Shown here one piece after another: positions 12,701 through 24,500 of a stretch of 64,000 bases of DNA. Position 1 is the stretch's first letter, and every line of letters starts with the position of its first letter. A model generated the notes under the pieces. It was not told the DNA's origin and did no database searches. It was given only the letters and a program-made list of their open reading frames with translations. The position numbers and the translations under genes are program-made. Source of the stretch: Amoebophrya sp. A120 (Eukaryota > Protista > Dinoflagellata); contig CAJINV010000005.1 in NCBI GenBank assembly GCA_905178155.1, positions 1,800,054 to 1,864,053 of the forward strand, in the 5' to 3' direction.

Positions 12701-13338
12701 CTAGAATCCACATCAACTTACATACTGGTACCGTACGGGCATGATCATATTCATAGCAAATGCAGGAGATGAAGACTACAAGCATAATACTTACAACGGG
12801 CTGTCGAGGGCGGTATCACAGTTTTATTTTTCGGTCGTACGAGAATCAGGTACACCACCGCCGCCAGGACGAACCTCCTGGAAACAGCGAACCGCGCTGC
12901 CGTCGCAAAATATGCATTGCAAAAGTATCGCACTAGTATAAATTGCATTACAAATTTTCCCAAGAACAAAAATGCGATTTGTCATGCTATTTCAGGTAGA
13001 AAGTTGGATTTGTCACGCATGTCTGCAATTTATTAGTACGAGTACGATACTTTTGCACAGGATACAAAAGGCCGAGGAACAAGCGCGCTCTGGTTGTAGT
13101 TGTTGTTCGTCTCACGACAGGACTGAGGAAACACAAGCCCCACATCCTTCTTCCTCGTGCTCCACGCGGTCTTTCCGAGCCCCCGGGGCCACGCAAAAAA
13201 CTTCTGCGACGTCGTGCAGGTGCCTGTCTTCATGTGCATTCTGGTACTCCTGCTCGCCGTCATCATTGTACAAGAAGTCGCACTAGTACCAGGTGCAGGT
13301 TCCTCTCTCTCCGCAGTCCCCCGTCGCAGGTACCACAT
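3788..13338 (-). CDS. Multi-exon acidic repeat protein of unknown function (one gene or two tandem paralogues; 5' end uncertain)
   Basis: Exons share recurring motifs: LNLSEFKTLW..F..SFRKQFP / VTLSEFTQMM..FRKSFTQQFP / LTFDEFEAHW..FRTAFDGDFP; DPHISVDAGFLKH / DPTVSVDTHFLEN / DPTPITLNDDFLQH; HLGLFYSLGG / HLAAFYALGG / HAGLYYMLGG; YDSAQ twice. Several junctions rejoin in frame after removing TIR elements. Stop TAA at 3788-3790. Not all junctions resolved. Confidence 0.6.
3969..4240. mobile_element. TIR introner, family A (GTCTGGGTCTGGAAGA)
   Basis: Left end tatcaactgcaaaaatgtctgggtctggaagattgcaa vs reverse complement of right end tatcaaatgcaaaagtgtctgggtctggaagaatgcaa. Flanks ggtac/ggtag. Removal gives EQLMNY-HATGNGWKPW. 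Confidence 0.9.
4928..5299. mobile_element. TIR introner, family D (TATGCATTGCA)
   Basis: Perfect 11-bp TIR tatgcattgca/tgcaatgcata; flanks aaact/aaatt; removal gives WVKTNF-FPEDDDHKDL. Confidence 0.85.
5441..5643. mobile_element. TIR introner, family B (TATxxAAGAAAAAAACACCA)
   Basis: ~30-bp TIR; perfect TSD catct; removal gives HKWGD-GDNGNADGFPYNWF; homologous along its length to 30421-30628. Confidence 0.92.
7155..7362. mobile_element. Degenerate TIR introner, family B
   Basis: Right end gtgattatgatgtgttttttttcttgaata-like matches family B; left end decayed; 5-bp TSD not retained; flanking exons (ESYPGVS / ITGSTSS) join in frame. Confidence 0.65.
7780..8300. other. C-rich non-coding insertion inside the repeat-protein locus (boundaries approximate)
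   Basis: Compositional shift, poly-C and poly-A runs, ccctaaaccc..cctgaaaccc tract at 8161-8191; shares ccccccccccgacc with the ~20620 region. Confidence 0.4.
9221..9618. mobile_element. Degenerate TIR introner, family A
   Basis: Left tatggagtgaaaatgtgcctgggtctggaag; right gacccagacaac..ggata; TSD lost; exons ITDKWP / DSADDV are in frame after removal. Confidence 0.7.
11976..12338. mobile_element. TIR introner, family A-related
   Basis: Ends tatcaaatgcaaatgtgt / acacatttgaagttgata; internal cccagac; perfect TSD gcgac. Confidence 0.85.
12911..13064. mobile_element. TIR introner, family D (154 bp, shortest seen)
   Basis: Left end tatgcattgcaaaagtatcgcactagta vs reverse complement of right end tatcctgtgcaaaagtatcgtactcgta; perfect TSD caaaa; removal joins ORF 13033..13338 to 12751..12969 in frame. 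Confidence 0.9.
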
Positions 13339-14448
13339 GAGTAGGCTTCGCCGTTATGCCCTGTTCAGCTGGAACATCTTCAAACCGGCGTTTATTTTAA
13401 AGTGTCACCTACTTCAGCATCATGTGAACGGGAGAGGACAAAACCGGTTCGCGAGGACAAAGATGAAATTAGAAAGCGAAATAGAAATCAAATCTTTCAC
13501 GTTGTTTGCGCGTTGAAGTAATGAATCAAAGTGGGACTTTATTCATACTTCGCCTCCTTGCCGCCGCGCTAGAATGGTTTTTTGAATCAAAGTCGGTCGT
13601 GCTGTTGGCGGGAAAAAATGGTGACCATCTTCTGCACGACGATTTGATCCTTTTTCTAGTCACTCTTAAGCATCATAATAGTCAAAATCAAGTCGACTTC
13701 GATATTACTACAAGTAGTCGATATTTGCGCTCGCTCTTGTAGTTGTACCACTCTACTCTGGTGTCAATTGTGCTGCGAAGACGATGACGAATACGGTAGA
13801 AAAATACAAGGGAGTGAAGCAAGTGCTTAATCTTGCAACTTAATGAAGAGGCCAAGAAGAGAGGACGCTAATACATAGATGTGTGCGATGTTGAGCTAAT
13901 ACTCTTGTTGAGTCGCACATTTTCCACTTTCTCTCTTCCTTCGCGATCTTTCGTTTCAATTTGCATTTCCATGTTCTTCTGCAGAAAACAAATCGACGAC
14001 AACCAACGAAAGGACGACTTTGAATTTATTTATAGTACTTGGGTTTCCCCCGTCGAAGCAAACATATATACCACGGCGTGAACAACAACGCGTACTGGGG
14101 ATAAGAACAGAAGCATTTTCATCATGCACGCACCCCGCAGTACTACCGGCGCCGCTTCTTCTATCTTCTGCTACTGGTGCGGCGCGCAAGGTTTTTGCGA
14201 TTCGAGCTTGTGCAACAAATCAACGAGCAGCCGTCGTTCTTCGAGCTGGTTGTACGGTTACAACTGTATTAAATGTCAATGCTGGTAACGGTATACTTAC
14301 TTTACTTAGTTGTCGCTAGAGGTCGTTCATGAAGAGCAACAGCACATCGAAATGATCATGCGACAGTCGTCCAATTCATGCTATATCATTATGAAGTAAG
14401 ATCAAGTTTAATATTCTTTCGCTTGATTCGTACAGCAGTCGATCTCTG

Positions 14449-17400
14449 TCATTCGTTTTCCCGCAGAAAGTTCTCTATTTCCGCGAGGCTCATCAGTCCC
14501 CTGTCCCGACAACCTGGCATGCTGTCCTGCAGGTCTTCGAGAAACCCGGCGTAGGAGTACTCTTTGCGCAGCTCCATGGGAATCGCGAGCTCGTACGTGG
14601 CGGGAAGGGAATAGCAGTAGCGGTTGGGGTGAAAATCCACAGAAGTTTCCTCTGGAGTATTTATTTCACCTTCGCATTCGCACAACGATACGTCGTGGCT
14701 CCAGCTGCTCCTCGGCGTGGCTGGAGCAAATCGCTCGCGCGGTGAGGTAGATTTATTATTCCGTGGTGTTGGCGTTAGTGGAGTGAAAGAAAAAGAATTT
14801 GTAGGACTCGTCGTGGTCAACAACATATTCGGTACTAGCTGCTCTTCTGTAGTGTCACGACACTGCGACGAGTCCGGATTACGATTCTTCTCGCCGGCCA
14901 CGAGTTTCGACACGTCTGCCTCCGTCTTGTCCTCGTTTGAGCTGTAGTTTCTACCCCGCACCACCCTCATCATCCCCACTGAAGACCGGGGCGAGACGAG
15001 TTGTCGTGGGTTTTCATTTTCTCGGTCATCGACAATCTTCCCCTCGTCCAAGCTTGCAACGAGAAGAGCCTGCTCCCGGACCCGTCTGTGCAGGGCGTTT
15101 TCACCCTTTCGGAAGTACTCGTTGAGGCAGCTGGTCAAAGCTTTCTCCAATGCGCTGCTGTCCTTCTGCTGAGCAAAGCATTTTTGGGATGTTGAACCCG
15201 GCGTGGCCTCGTGGGTCGGAGACCGTCGCGCGAACTCTTTTGATATTGCAGCTCGAGTTGTCTTCACTTTTTCGAAAACTAAACATGAGAAATCTGGGCG
15301 CCGGGGTGGTGCGTCGTTGTCGTTCGAGACCTGCTGGCTCTCTTTGTCCAAACCCGCCAGTAGCGTAGAGTCACTGGTGTCGGGGCCCGCAGCTGAAACT
15401 TTCTTTATTTCACTAGATTGCACGTCGTTTTGTTATGCAAAGGAAAAGCGAAAAGCGAGGTCGTCTGACAAGATGTTGCAATACGTTTCTTCAGTTCAGG
15501 TAACGTTTCTTGCGGCTACCTAGTGCTCGTGCTGTGCTCCTTGACTTTCCGGGAAATAAATGTGCATGCATCTTGACAAAGTGAAACGTGAGAATGCAGA
15601 AGCCAAGATGTCAAAAACCGTGGCAACATGCGTTTTCCACGCCGGCCCGAAGTCATGGTCCTTTCCGCGCACGGCTTTGTCCTGGTATTGTTCTTATCCA
15701 AAAAATACTCAAACTCAATTTTTTATTTTTTGCACACACAAAAGCTCTCTTCGCACTATATCGTGGGACCCCACTTTTCCTTCTGATACTTTTTCTTTCC
15801 GCCGCCGGAGGACAATTTTAACTTCAGCTCCAGCCCCACGGGTAAAAAATCCGTACGTGGAGCAAAGCCGAAACTGCTGCGTTAGTTCCACAATGTCTCG
15901 TAACAAAGTTTCGTCGCGAAAACTTACCAAAACGTAGAACTCGGTTGTTAAACTCGCCGTGTTTCGCAGGTAGTTCGCAAGAACTGGAATCTCCTCGGTG
16001 AGGAAGTAATCCAGGGTACCCTTGTCAAAGGTGATGTCGAAGAAAGTTCCGGAGCTACTTTCTCCACAGTCTGAGGCAGATGAACAAGTCGTGGACATAA
16101 ATAAACTGTCGCTCCCGTTCGTAATGTTATTTTCCGGGGTCTGGGTCTTGGTTCTTTCGCCGTCGATTTCATACTTTTTGTCGTCCTGGTCAGTATTTGA
16201 TTCTTCCGGAACGTGATCCAGTAAGTTGGTTCCAACTTCTTCTTCTACACACGATGCCTGCGTGAGCTTGTGCTTCCACCTCAAACACTCCAATACAGCC
16301 CCTTCACTTTCGGCGGCTCCGAGGTCACAGCAGCGCCACTCCACGGTAGTCCTACCGGACGCTGTAGTTTCTGAAGGATAGCAGGCAGCGTAATCTTCAT
16401 GATCCGGCCGCACTAACCGATGGGAAACGCGTCCTGCGCCTGCCGCTTCGCCCTCAATATTTTTGTCAGGCATAGCCATTTCACCGACGCGACTATTTTT
16501 CCCCCCTTGTGCTTTCTTCCTCTTCTTTTCGGCGGCAACAAGTTGTTGGTCTTCCTTGAAGAATCTTTTCGCCCGTGCGAGTGCGCCCTCGTCGATGTCC
16601 GCACCGAGTATGTGGCAGTGAAACAAAGACAAAGACAATTCATTTTCTTTGTAATTTTCGTCAACCACGAGAACATCGCTTGTTCTAGGTCTCGTTGGGC
16701 TTCCGTTTCCTCCTGCGTCGTCATCATTTCCTTTCCCTTCACCACTATTTAGATTTCCACAACCAACCTCAACAACCGCCTCGCCGAGTTCCGCGATGCG
16801 GCTGTCCCCGCAGCCCGGGACGAAAATAGAAAGCACGTCGGCGGGACGTCCTCGTCGGCCAGGCTTGTTCTGCTTCCTCCCTGGTTCGGGTTCGTCTTCG
16901 GCTTGTTGGCATGGCTTGATGTAGCTTGTTCCGATTTGTGTTTGTTCATCATTCCGATCCTCGTGCTTGTTCCAGTTAGCAACACGACCAGAGGAAGACC
17001 CCAAGAACACTTGCCGGTCCTGCTCGTTCTCCGATGAGGATGACGTGTCGTCGGAGCAGTCCCCGGGGCCGCTAGTAGTCGAGGGCGTCAAGAATGGTCG
17101 TTGTGCAGCAGCAGGTTGCAGTGGCACGACCTCGTCTTGGGCAGATGATCCACACCCGCACGAGGAAGACCAACATTCTCTTTGTTTGGAAGTACTACTT
17201 CGGCTGTGTTCTACTTCTGGATGCAGCCCCCGCCACGACTTGGAGTTGTTGTGGTCGTCGTGGTCTTCGTCATCTTCGTGTTTTGGTTTATTTCTATTTC
17301 TTCTCTCGTCGGAGGTCGCATGAAAATTATCCAGCATCTGAATTTGGCGAAACAACTGGCGCAGAATCGGTACGAACTGAGCGTTGTCCGCTATCCACTC

Positions 17401-17607
17401 GAAATTGCTGGTATTTTGCGAAGACGTCCTCTCGGCCTGGTGCTCCAGGTCGTCGGCGGTGGAGGGTGGTGGAGGTGCTTCTGCTGCTGCTACAACTGAC
17501 GGGACAACATGTAGCTGTTCGGATGGCGGGCACCTGCTCGTCATTGTGTTCATGTCTTTGAGCAGGGAACTCGTCGCGGGTTCCTGCACTTCTGCGACCG
17601 GAGCCAT
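14449..17607 (-). CDS. Class I SAM-dependent methyltransferase, EEF1AKMT4/METTL13-like, probably two exons (intron ~15429-15764)
   Basis: Motifs NFEW, IFVPGCGDS, ILGADID, WRCCDL, FDITFDKGTLDYF in ORF 15715..17607. ORF 14449..15423 is in the same frame and joins at a 4-bp ACGA repeat (GSH-D-VQSS); this join is inferred. Confidence 0.75.
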
Positions 17608-18593
17608 GTTTTTCTAGTTCTTGCCATAAAGATAAAAGCAGTCGTCTTCAAATAATTACACGACCGGTGGTCCACCATGAAACTAAAAAGTTGTGTTCAG
17701 ATCGGGCGGAGCAGCGTGAAGCCACATCCTAAATAATGGGGTATTCATCGGCATGGCAGGGCGTGGAGTCGCTCTCGGCTTCAGTTAAAACTCTGCAACA
17801 ACTTCGTACAAATACTAGCAACAGCTTGATTATGGTTTTAATACTACGAGATCGCGTGGTCAACATCCTGATTTTCAGCCATGAACGATTTCTTCAATCA
17901 TGATCCGAAAAGAAACAAGTGAACAATGCAAATCCAATGCTGATGCTCACAACAACAATAATATAGCTCGGATATTACACCAAGCCGCCGGGAACCAAAG
18001 CGTCGAGGTCGAAGGAGCAGGTGCAGGATTCAAATTACTAATATTCCGATCGGGTCGCCTGTTGCTCTTGCTGCTGCTAGAACAAGAGCAAGATCATTTT
18101 TCCGCCCCTGAGCAGGATCATGTCGCGACGATGATGATTGAAATTCTCCTGATCTTCTGTTGCTGGATCGCTTTGCCGTCATATTCATCGTTTCAGCTTG
18201 TCTAATAGCTTGTCGCGCATGGTGGAATCGACTGCATATTTTTACTCGCAAATGATCGCGGATTAATACGCCGGACTTTCTACCCATTCTTATTGCCTGT
18301 ACCAAGCAGGTCACACCCTTCTGCTTGGGCAGCTACAAAAAGCGACAAACACGAGCAGCTTGATTTCTGCGGATGCTTCTTTTTTCGGAATCAGGACCAG
18401 CAGCACCATTTTCCACGGAAGCGCTGGACTCGTTGCCGTCGCGAAACTTTAGTCACATCATGATGCAAATCAACATGCGTCGACTCGAGCAAGTGCGCTC
18501 CTTACATCAAATAACATCATCGAAGGTGCGAGAAAGTTCTCCTTCAGTTTTCAGCGCTGTAAGGAGTGCTCTGCATCTTTTTCTCGCTACTCC

Positions 18594-21500
18594 TTACACC
18601 AGCGATATCGCGGTCCCCGTGTAGCTGATCGCAAGTCGCAGCTTCTGTGGCGTTATGGAGCGAAGAAGCGGGAGAAACAGATAACCAACCATAAACCATG
18701 TTGTCCTCAGCTGGCGCAGGCTGCCGTAAAAATTCTGCTCACGACACCACAGGCCGCAAGAATGCGCGCATTGCAAGAATTTCTATATTGGCTTTGGCTT
18801 GGCACACACTTCAAAAACTACCCGCTTGTTTTCAGCCCACGGCCAAGCCCAACACCTGCGTGCTCACATTTGAAGATCCCGAAAAATCGAGCCTCCAAGC
18901 TGCAAGACGAGACACACAACAGCCAGTGCAAAGGCAAACGTGGTTTTGGATTTTTTTCTGTGCAAAAATTTGTTTCCCTCTGCGTAACAATCACCTCTGC
19001 CATGGAGGATATTCGCGTCCTCTTGCGGTCCGAAAATCTGGCAGCCGTAGCACTCGACGTCTTGATGTTGTTTCCATCATGGTCTTGCTCCAACATAACC
19101 CCCAGCACTTCTCCGTCCAGCAGGTCGCCTTCACGAACTACATCTTCTTCTTCGCCGTTCTGCTGGTCGTAGTAGGGCACATCCAGCCGGTGAAAGCACA
19201 CGTGCGCCGCGGGAAGTTTCTCCTTCTTTTTCCTCCCGCACAGGACCGCCAGGGCCGGCTTCGGCGACAGCGACCGGAACCCGCCGGCCGGAACGCGCCG
19301 TCGCCCCAGCCAAAATTCGATGGTCTGCAGCCGTTCGTGCTCCGTGAAATGATTCGGGAATGGTGCTGAAAACTGCGCAGAGAAACAACATGTCGCATAA
19401 AGTCGAAACTTTTCACAAATTTTGTCATGACGCCAACGAAAATTTTTGCCATCAAACACAGTGGGTGAACGTCGGTAAATAAAGCTCTGTAGGCTCTTAC
19501 AGTTGCATTCCAGTTGGTTTTGTTTTCGAGATATTAGAGCACTTGTCGTAGCGCAGACACCGAACTGCGGAAGTTGTAGAACAGATTTTCACGATGATCC
19601 CTTCGCTACTAGTGCGGCATTTGAAATAACTGCGCACTTTTCGCCACGATATGAGGAAAACCAAGTACAGTGCGTCTTTCACTTCTTCTGCTTCCATATG
19701 CGTTGCAAATCGCGTCTTCGTGCACGGATAAGTAGGCATGACAGCGAGCTGCAGCATGTAAATTTTGCGTCTTTGTGAAGATAACTTCAGTGTGATTGGC
19801 TAGCCACTTACTCTGAGTCTGGCGTGGAAGTATAGTTGCTTATCATGTTGTAGCGACAGGATCATCATCAATCTGCACTGTTGGCGCAACAAAAACCCAG
19901 TGTGAGCAAAACGAAAACTTTTTGATGTCTGTACAAGCACACTTTTTCTGACCATGCAATCAAAGATTTCGAGCACGAGGACGTATAGATGAACTTTTGC
20001 CGTGCATATTGCTTTTGTTTCAGCAGCTCCGCGTGCGAGAGGAGTGCGCCGTTCGTGCTGATTCCGTGCGCAGAAACTTGCACAATCTGGAAAAGTTGGA
20101 CTGGAATTCGCTCGATGAAATAACGCGTTTGGATTTTCGTGGATTTTTCGCGCGCGTAAATACGATGGCAGAGCGTGTGTCTGGGGCGAGCGTTTGGGCT
20201 CTGTGGGCCTTGCATGGCTTGCGCTATTTCTAGAATTGTTCGGCTTGGGGTGGCATTTAAAGACCCTCCCGATGGCAAACGCGCCGCTTCATGAAGGCCG
20301 AAGAGGGGCGCGAAGCGTTCGGGGGGCGTTTGGCCTGGTTATGGTGCGCAAACACTCGCCTCCTGCTTGGCCGGTCCCGATCGTTTCGGCGCGGCACCAA
20401 ACTCGCCGGGGGCCCGAAGCAAACACGCGAGGGCGGCGCGGAAGCAATAGGCCCCGCTGTCCTCAGCTGCAAAGCTGCGGCCAACGGGAACGAAACCCAA
20501 CCCACAAAGATCAAGGAACGCAACCTATTCCACGACGCGGCCCCGCGGCCCTGTGATGGCCGGCGGGCCTTTCAATACCTTGATGGGGGGTCGAGCACCT
20601 GTGGAGGGGCATTCAACTACCCCCCCCCCCCGACCCCACCCCTGTGCGGCTCCACCTGCACAGGGATTTCATGCGGATTTTCCAGGATTTTTCCGCAAAT
20701 ATTTGGATTTTGGGAAAAAATAAAAAAATGTTTTCTCTGACTCGACCATAGCACGCGGGAAAGAAGTTATCCTTTTATTTTTTGAGGCAGCCAAAAAAAA
20801 TCCACGGAAATCCGGAAGGAGGAAGGGTGGTGGGTCAGCCCCCTCCGATCGTCTGCTCTTTTGAAAATCCACGGCGCCCGAAGATAGGGGGTCAACCATC
20901 GGGGCGCGCAACATGATAATGCTCTGCAAACAAGCCGGTGAGCTTGTCTCATCGGGGTCGTACGATCTTCAATCAGATAGAATAATAGTGGCAAGGATGA
21001 CCTGCGCCTGTTCCGGGGCTTTTTCGTCGGTGGTTCGGGGCGCCGTGATAGGTCTTTGGCCATTTTTGTTGGTTACGACTTAACAAAGCGCACGCACACC
21101 CCAACCCGAATGAGGACGCCGGGGTTGGGGTAGCGGCTTAGAATTAAAGCTGCTGCGCGCGGCCTTGGCGCATTGTAGACTTCGGCTGAGCCCACTGCGC
21201 CTGAGCCTGATGCCCCGCAGGCCCCGGAGGTCGGGGCCCCAGTAGCGCAGGTTGTGTCGCTAGATCAGCTGCCACGCCTTTGCTACAGCTGCAGCAATAC
21301 TACTCCCGGTGGGCAAGCGCCTCTAAAGCGCTCGGGGCTACATGTTGCTGCTCCTCTTTGTGCGACAAAAATCCAAAAAAATCCAAACGGAATCCTTCAT
21401 CGATGAATTCCGGCCGAAGAAAAGTTCCTGCACGTGCTCCCTGCTGCAGCAAGTATGCAATGCAAATTACGTATGTTGATTTTCGTTTTCCCGTTTTTGG

Positions 21501-24500
21501 CTCTTTGTCTTTGGGATTATTTCCGATGTCGACTACTTTGTACAATCGTCATAACAACTTGACTCACCTTCAAGGAACTACGGGACCAAAAATGCGACAT
21601 CACATGGTGCATTCCTTTTCCTCCGCATCAATCACATGTAATAATTCAGCCCAAGAGGAGCAGGAGCAGTAAACACACAGATACAAGTTTGCAGGAGATA
21701 GCAGGGCTTTCCGTGAAGCAGGTTATGCAGCCGCTCCGGGGTGAAGTGCAGGCCGCATTGCAAGAAATTTGGCCCGCCGAGCACGTCCAGGAACCCCCGA
21801 CGCAGGGCGGTCAGTATGCTCTGCAAAATTATCGACGCACTCGTACTAATTGCCATACAGCATGACAAATCTGGTAAGTTATATATTGCAATGTAAAATC
21901 AGAATTGAAGTTTAGGTAAATCACTGTAGCCGGAGCGAACTGCGAGAATTAGTATGCTTGTCCTGTCGATATTGATAGCTGAATCAGCATTACAAATTGC
22001 ATTTTCCTTCTGCAAAAATTTGTCATGCAGATGCACTTTGTACTAGTACGATACATTTGAAATGCATAGTCAGCCCATTCTGGCAACTGTCTAGCAGGTG
22101 CCACCGGCAGAGACGGAGCACATACTCCTCGCGGTTCTCGAAGGTGACCGGCGGAAAGTTCGAGGCCGCTGCTGATGTGGTGAGCATCTTCATCCTCTCG
22201 GCCGAGCCATGATTACAACCTTGTTCCCAAGTTGTGCACTTGTTGCGGTAAGACGCCACCGCTGTCTGCGCCTCGCTCCAGGGCGCTGAGAAATCACCGA
22301 AAGCGCGGGGCTTGCTGCTTGCGCTGCATGAAGATCCTGCTGCGCTTTCTCTTGGTTTTTTCGCAACATGTTTATTGGGGAGCAAGGACGTGTGACTTGC
22401 AGTGGCTGCTTCTTCGTCGCGAGGCGACAAGGACGAGGAAAGAAGAGTCGCGTCTGTCGAGTGTTGTTCCTTCGCTGTAGTTTCACCTCCCATATTGGTC
22501 AGCGAATTTTGGCCGTCTAGTCCGAACAGGAAGCGTTGGCCGAAGCAGGCGGACTCAACCGAGAAATCCAAGCACAGGGTGTCTTCCAAATTTCCGTCTG
22601 CTGCCTATCCAAGAAAAAAAGATTTTTGTAGGTGTAACAAACTGTAACTTTCTTGGTCTTGGAGGAACAACAGCATCGCAAATCTGTCTGGCATGAGAGC
22701 AAAAACCTGTCATGCGCAGATGGTACGCGAAAACCCGCTTGAATGGACCTTGCAACGCATGCCGAGCATGACAGCCGCAATCAGTTTGCATGTTGCGTAT
22801 CACAGAGTAAGAGCTACACTAACAATGTTTCTTTTTTCGATACCACCTCGTCCCAGTCCAGTATCTTCCGCAAACTCTGTGCAAACTCGTATCCTGAGTA
22901 AAAGCGTCCCCATCCCATGCCATAGTCAAGCTTGGAAATCTGCTAGACAAATCAGCCAGCCTAGGTTGTTGCGCATGACAATATTGGCCTTGTACTAGTG
23001 TAATCCTGTTTAGCTCGATTATCAGCATAACAGATCTAGCCTATGATGCTGATTGGAGCATAACAAATTCCAAAACAGCACGACTAGAAAATGCTTCGCA
23101 TGGGGCTCCGCATGAGAAACATTTATTTGAGCATGCAGACTTGCATGACAACTATGGAGTGGAAACGTTTTTACTCAGGATAACTCGAAGTCGATGCTTT
23201 GCACGTCGGCAATGGCCTCGTCGCAAAGCGAGGAGGTCGGGCTCTTCGTCCGCTCTCTCTCAGCACCGTGGACGCTAAGCAACCCCGCCTTGGGGGGCTC
23301 AAGCTCATGATCTTCTTCTAGTACATCTGCTCTACCGTCGTGAAGAACAGTAACAGAATTACCGCGGCCATCAGTTTTCGTCATCAGCAGCACAAACTTG
23401 TAGAAGAACAGCGGCAGCTCGAAGTCCAGTTGCGCGAACTGGTAGACGGCATAGGCCAGAAACCGGCTATGGGAGTGTCAGGATCGAAATCGACAAAATC
23501 GAAATGATCTGTAATGCATAAAATGCTACGCAAGAAGCGAGTCTATTGCAGTGGATGCAAGGAAGACGGATTGTAGTCCTGGTAAGGGTTAAGTGTTGGG
23601 CTGCTGCCTAGCATGACAGATGAAGACGGCTGTTTTGCTCTAAACCGCGTAACAGATTCGCTTCCAGGACGGGGAGAATTTGTCCTGCGCCGACTACAAA
23701 CTGTGGCTCTAACTGGCATCGATTTTGCGCATCACAAGTTTTTCGATTTTGACAATTTCGATCCTGACAGTTCCATACCGGCCCACGAACTCATAGATCG
23801 CCCGCATGCTCGCGTCACTGTTCCCCGCTAGTCGGTGCACGTGGTCGGGAATCACCCAAAATTTTTGCGACAAGGATGGTGTCGAGGATCCTTGCCCCCT
23901 GTCTGCTTCTACATTTTTCACCTCGTCTAATTGGTTTGACGATTATCCCAAGGAAAGGAAAAGTGTCTCAGTCTCGAAATACTTGAGCAGCAGACCCAGC
24001 AAGAACACAAATGCGGTCGTCGGCATGAGGCACCATATCCGTCAACGTGCGTCACACGCACGAAGCAGGGATGAAACTAGAGAAAGCTGCAGCTGCACTC
24101 ACAACTGTTACAGCGTGTGCATTTCTCTTTGCGCTTGCCTGTCGAGCATGACAAAAAACTGAAACTGTATCAAGGAATCTTGGCAATACAAGTTGAAACT
24201 GGCAGACACAGGTTTTGTCTTTCGATAACGCCGTCTGAATGTTCAATCCCTGGCGGAAGAGCCCGGACTCGGGTTGGAACAGTTCGGTCGCGAGAAATTG
24301 CACCCAGCCCTTAGTCAACGCGCCCCAGTCGACGCCGGAGTCGCCAACGTAGCCCACGGTGAACCCCCGCAGCCAGAATTCCCCGGTCTTCATGCCCGCA
24401 AAACGGAAGCTCGAGAGAAACACGCCGATCTGCATGCCCGTCTTGTTCTTCGTGGTGATGTCGCTTCTACGGGGGTCGCTCGCAAGAGCTGTAAGGACAT

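Noticed and set aside
15429-15764. Methyltransferase intron as a TAT..ATA + 5 element
   Set aside because: Candidate cores do not give an in-frame join under core+5 and no 5-bp TSD is present; only a 4-bp repeat supports the junction.
24052-24227. C-terminus of the 2432-aa ORF (and its N-terminus 31267-31350)
   Set aside because: Both are read-through into introners; the real gene continues on each side.
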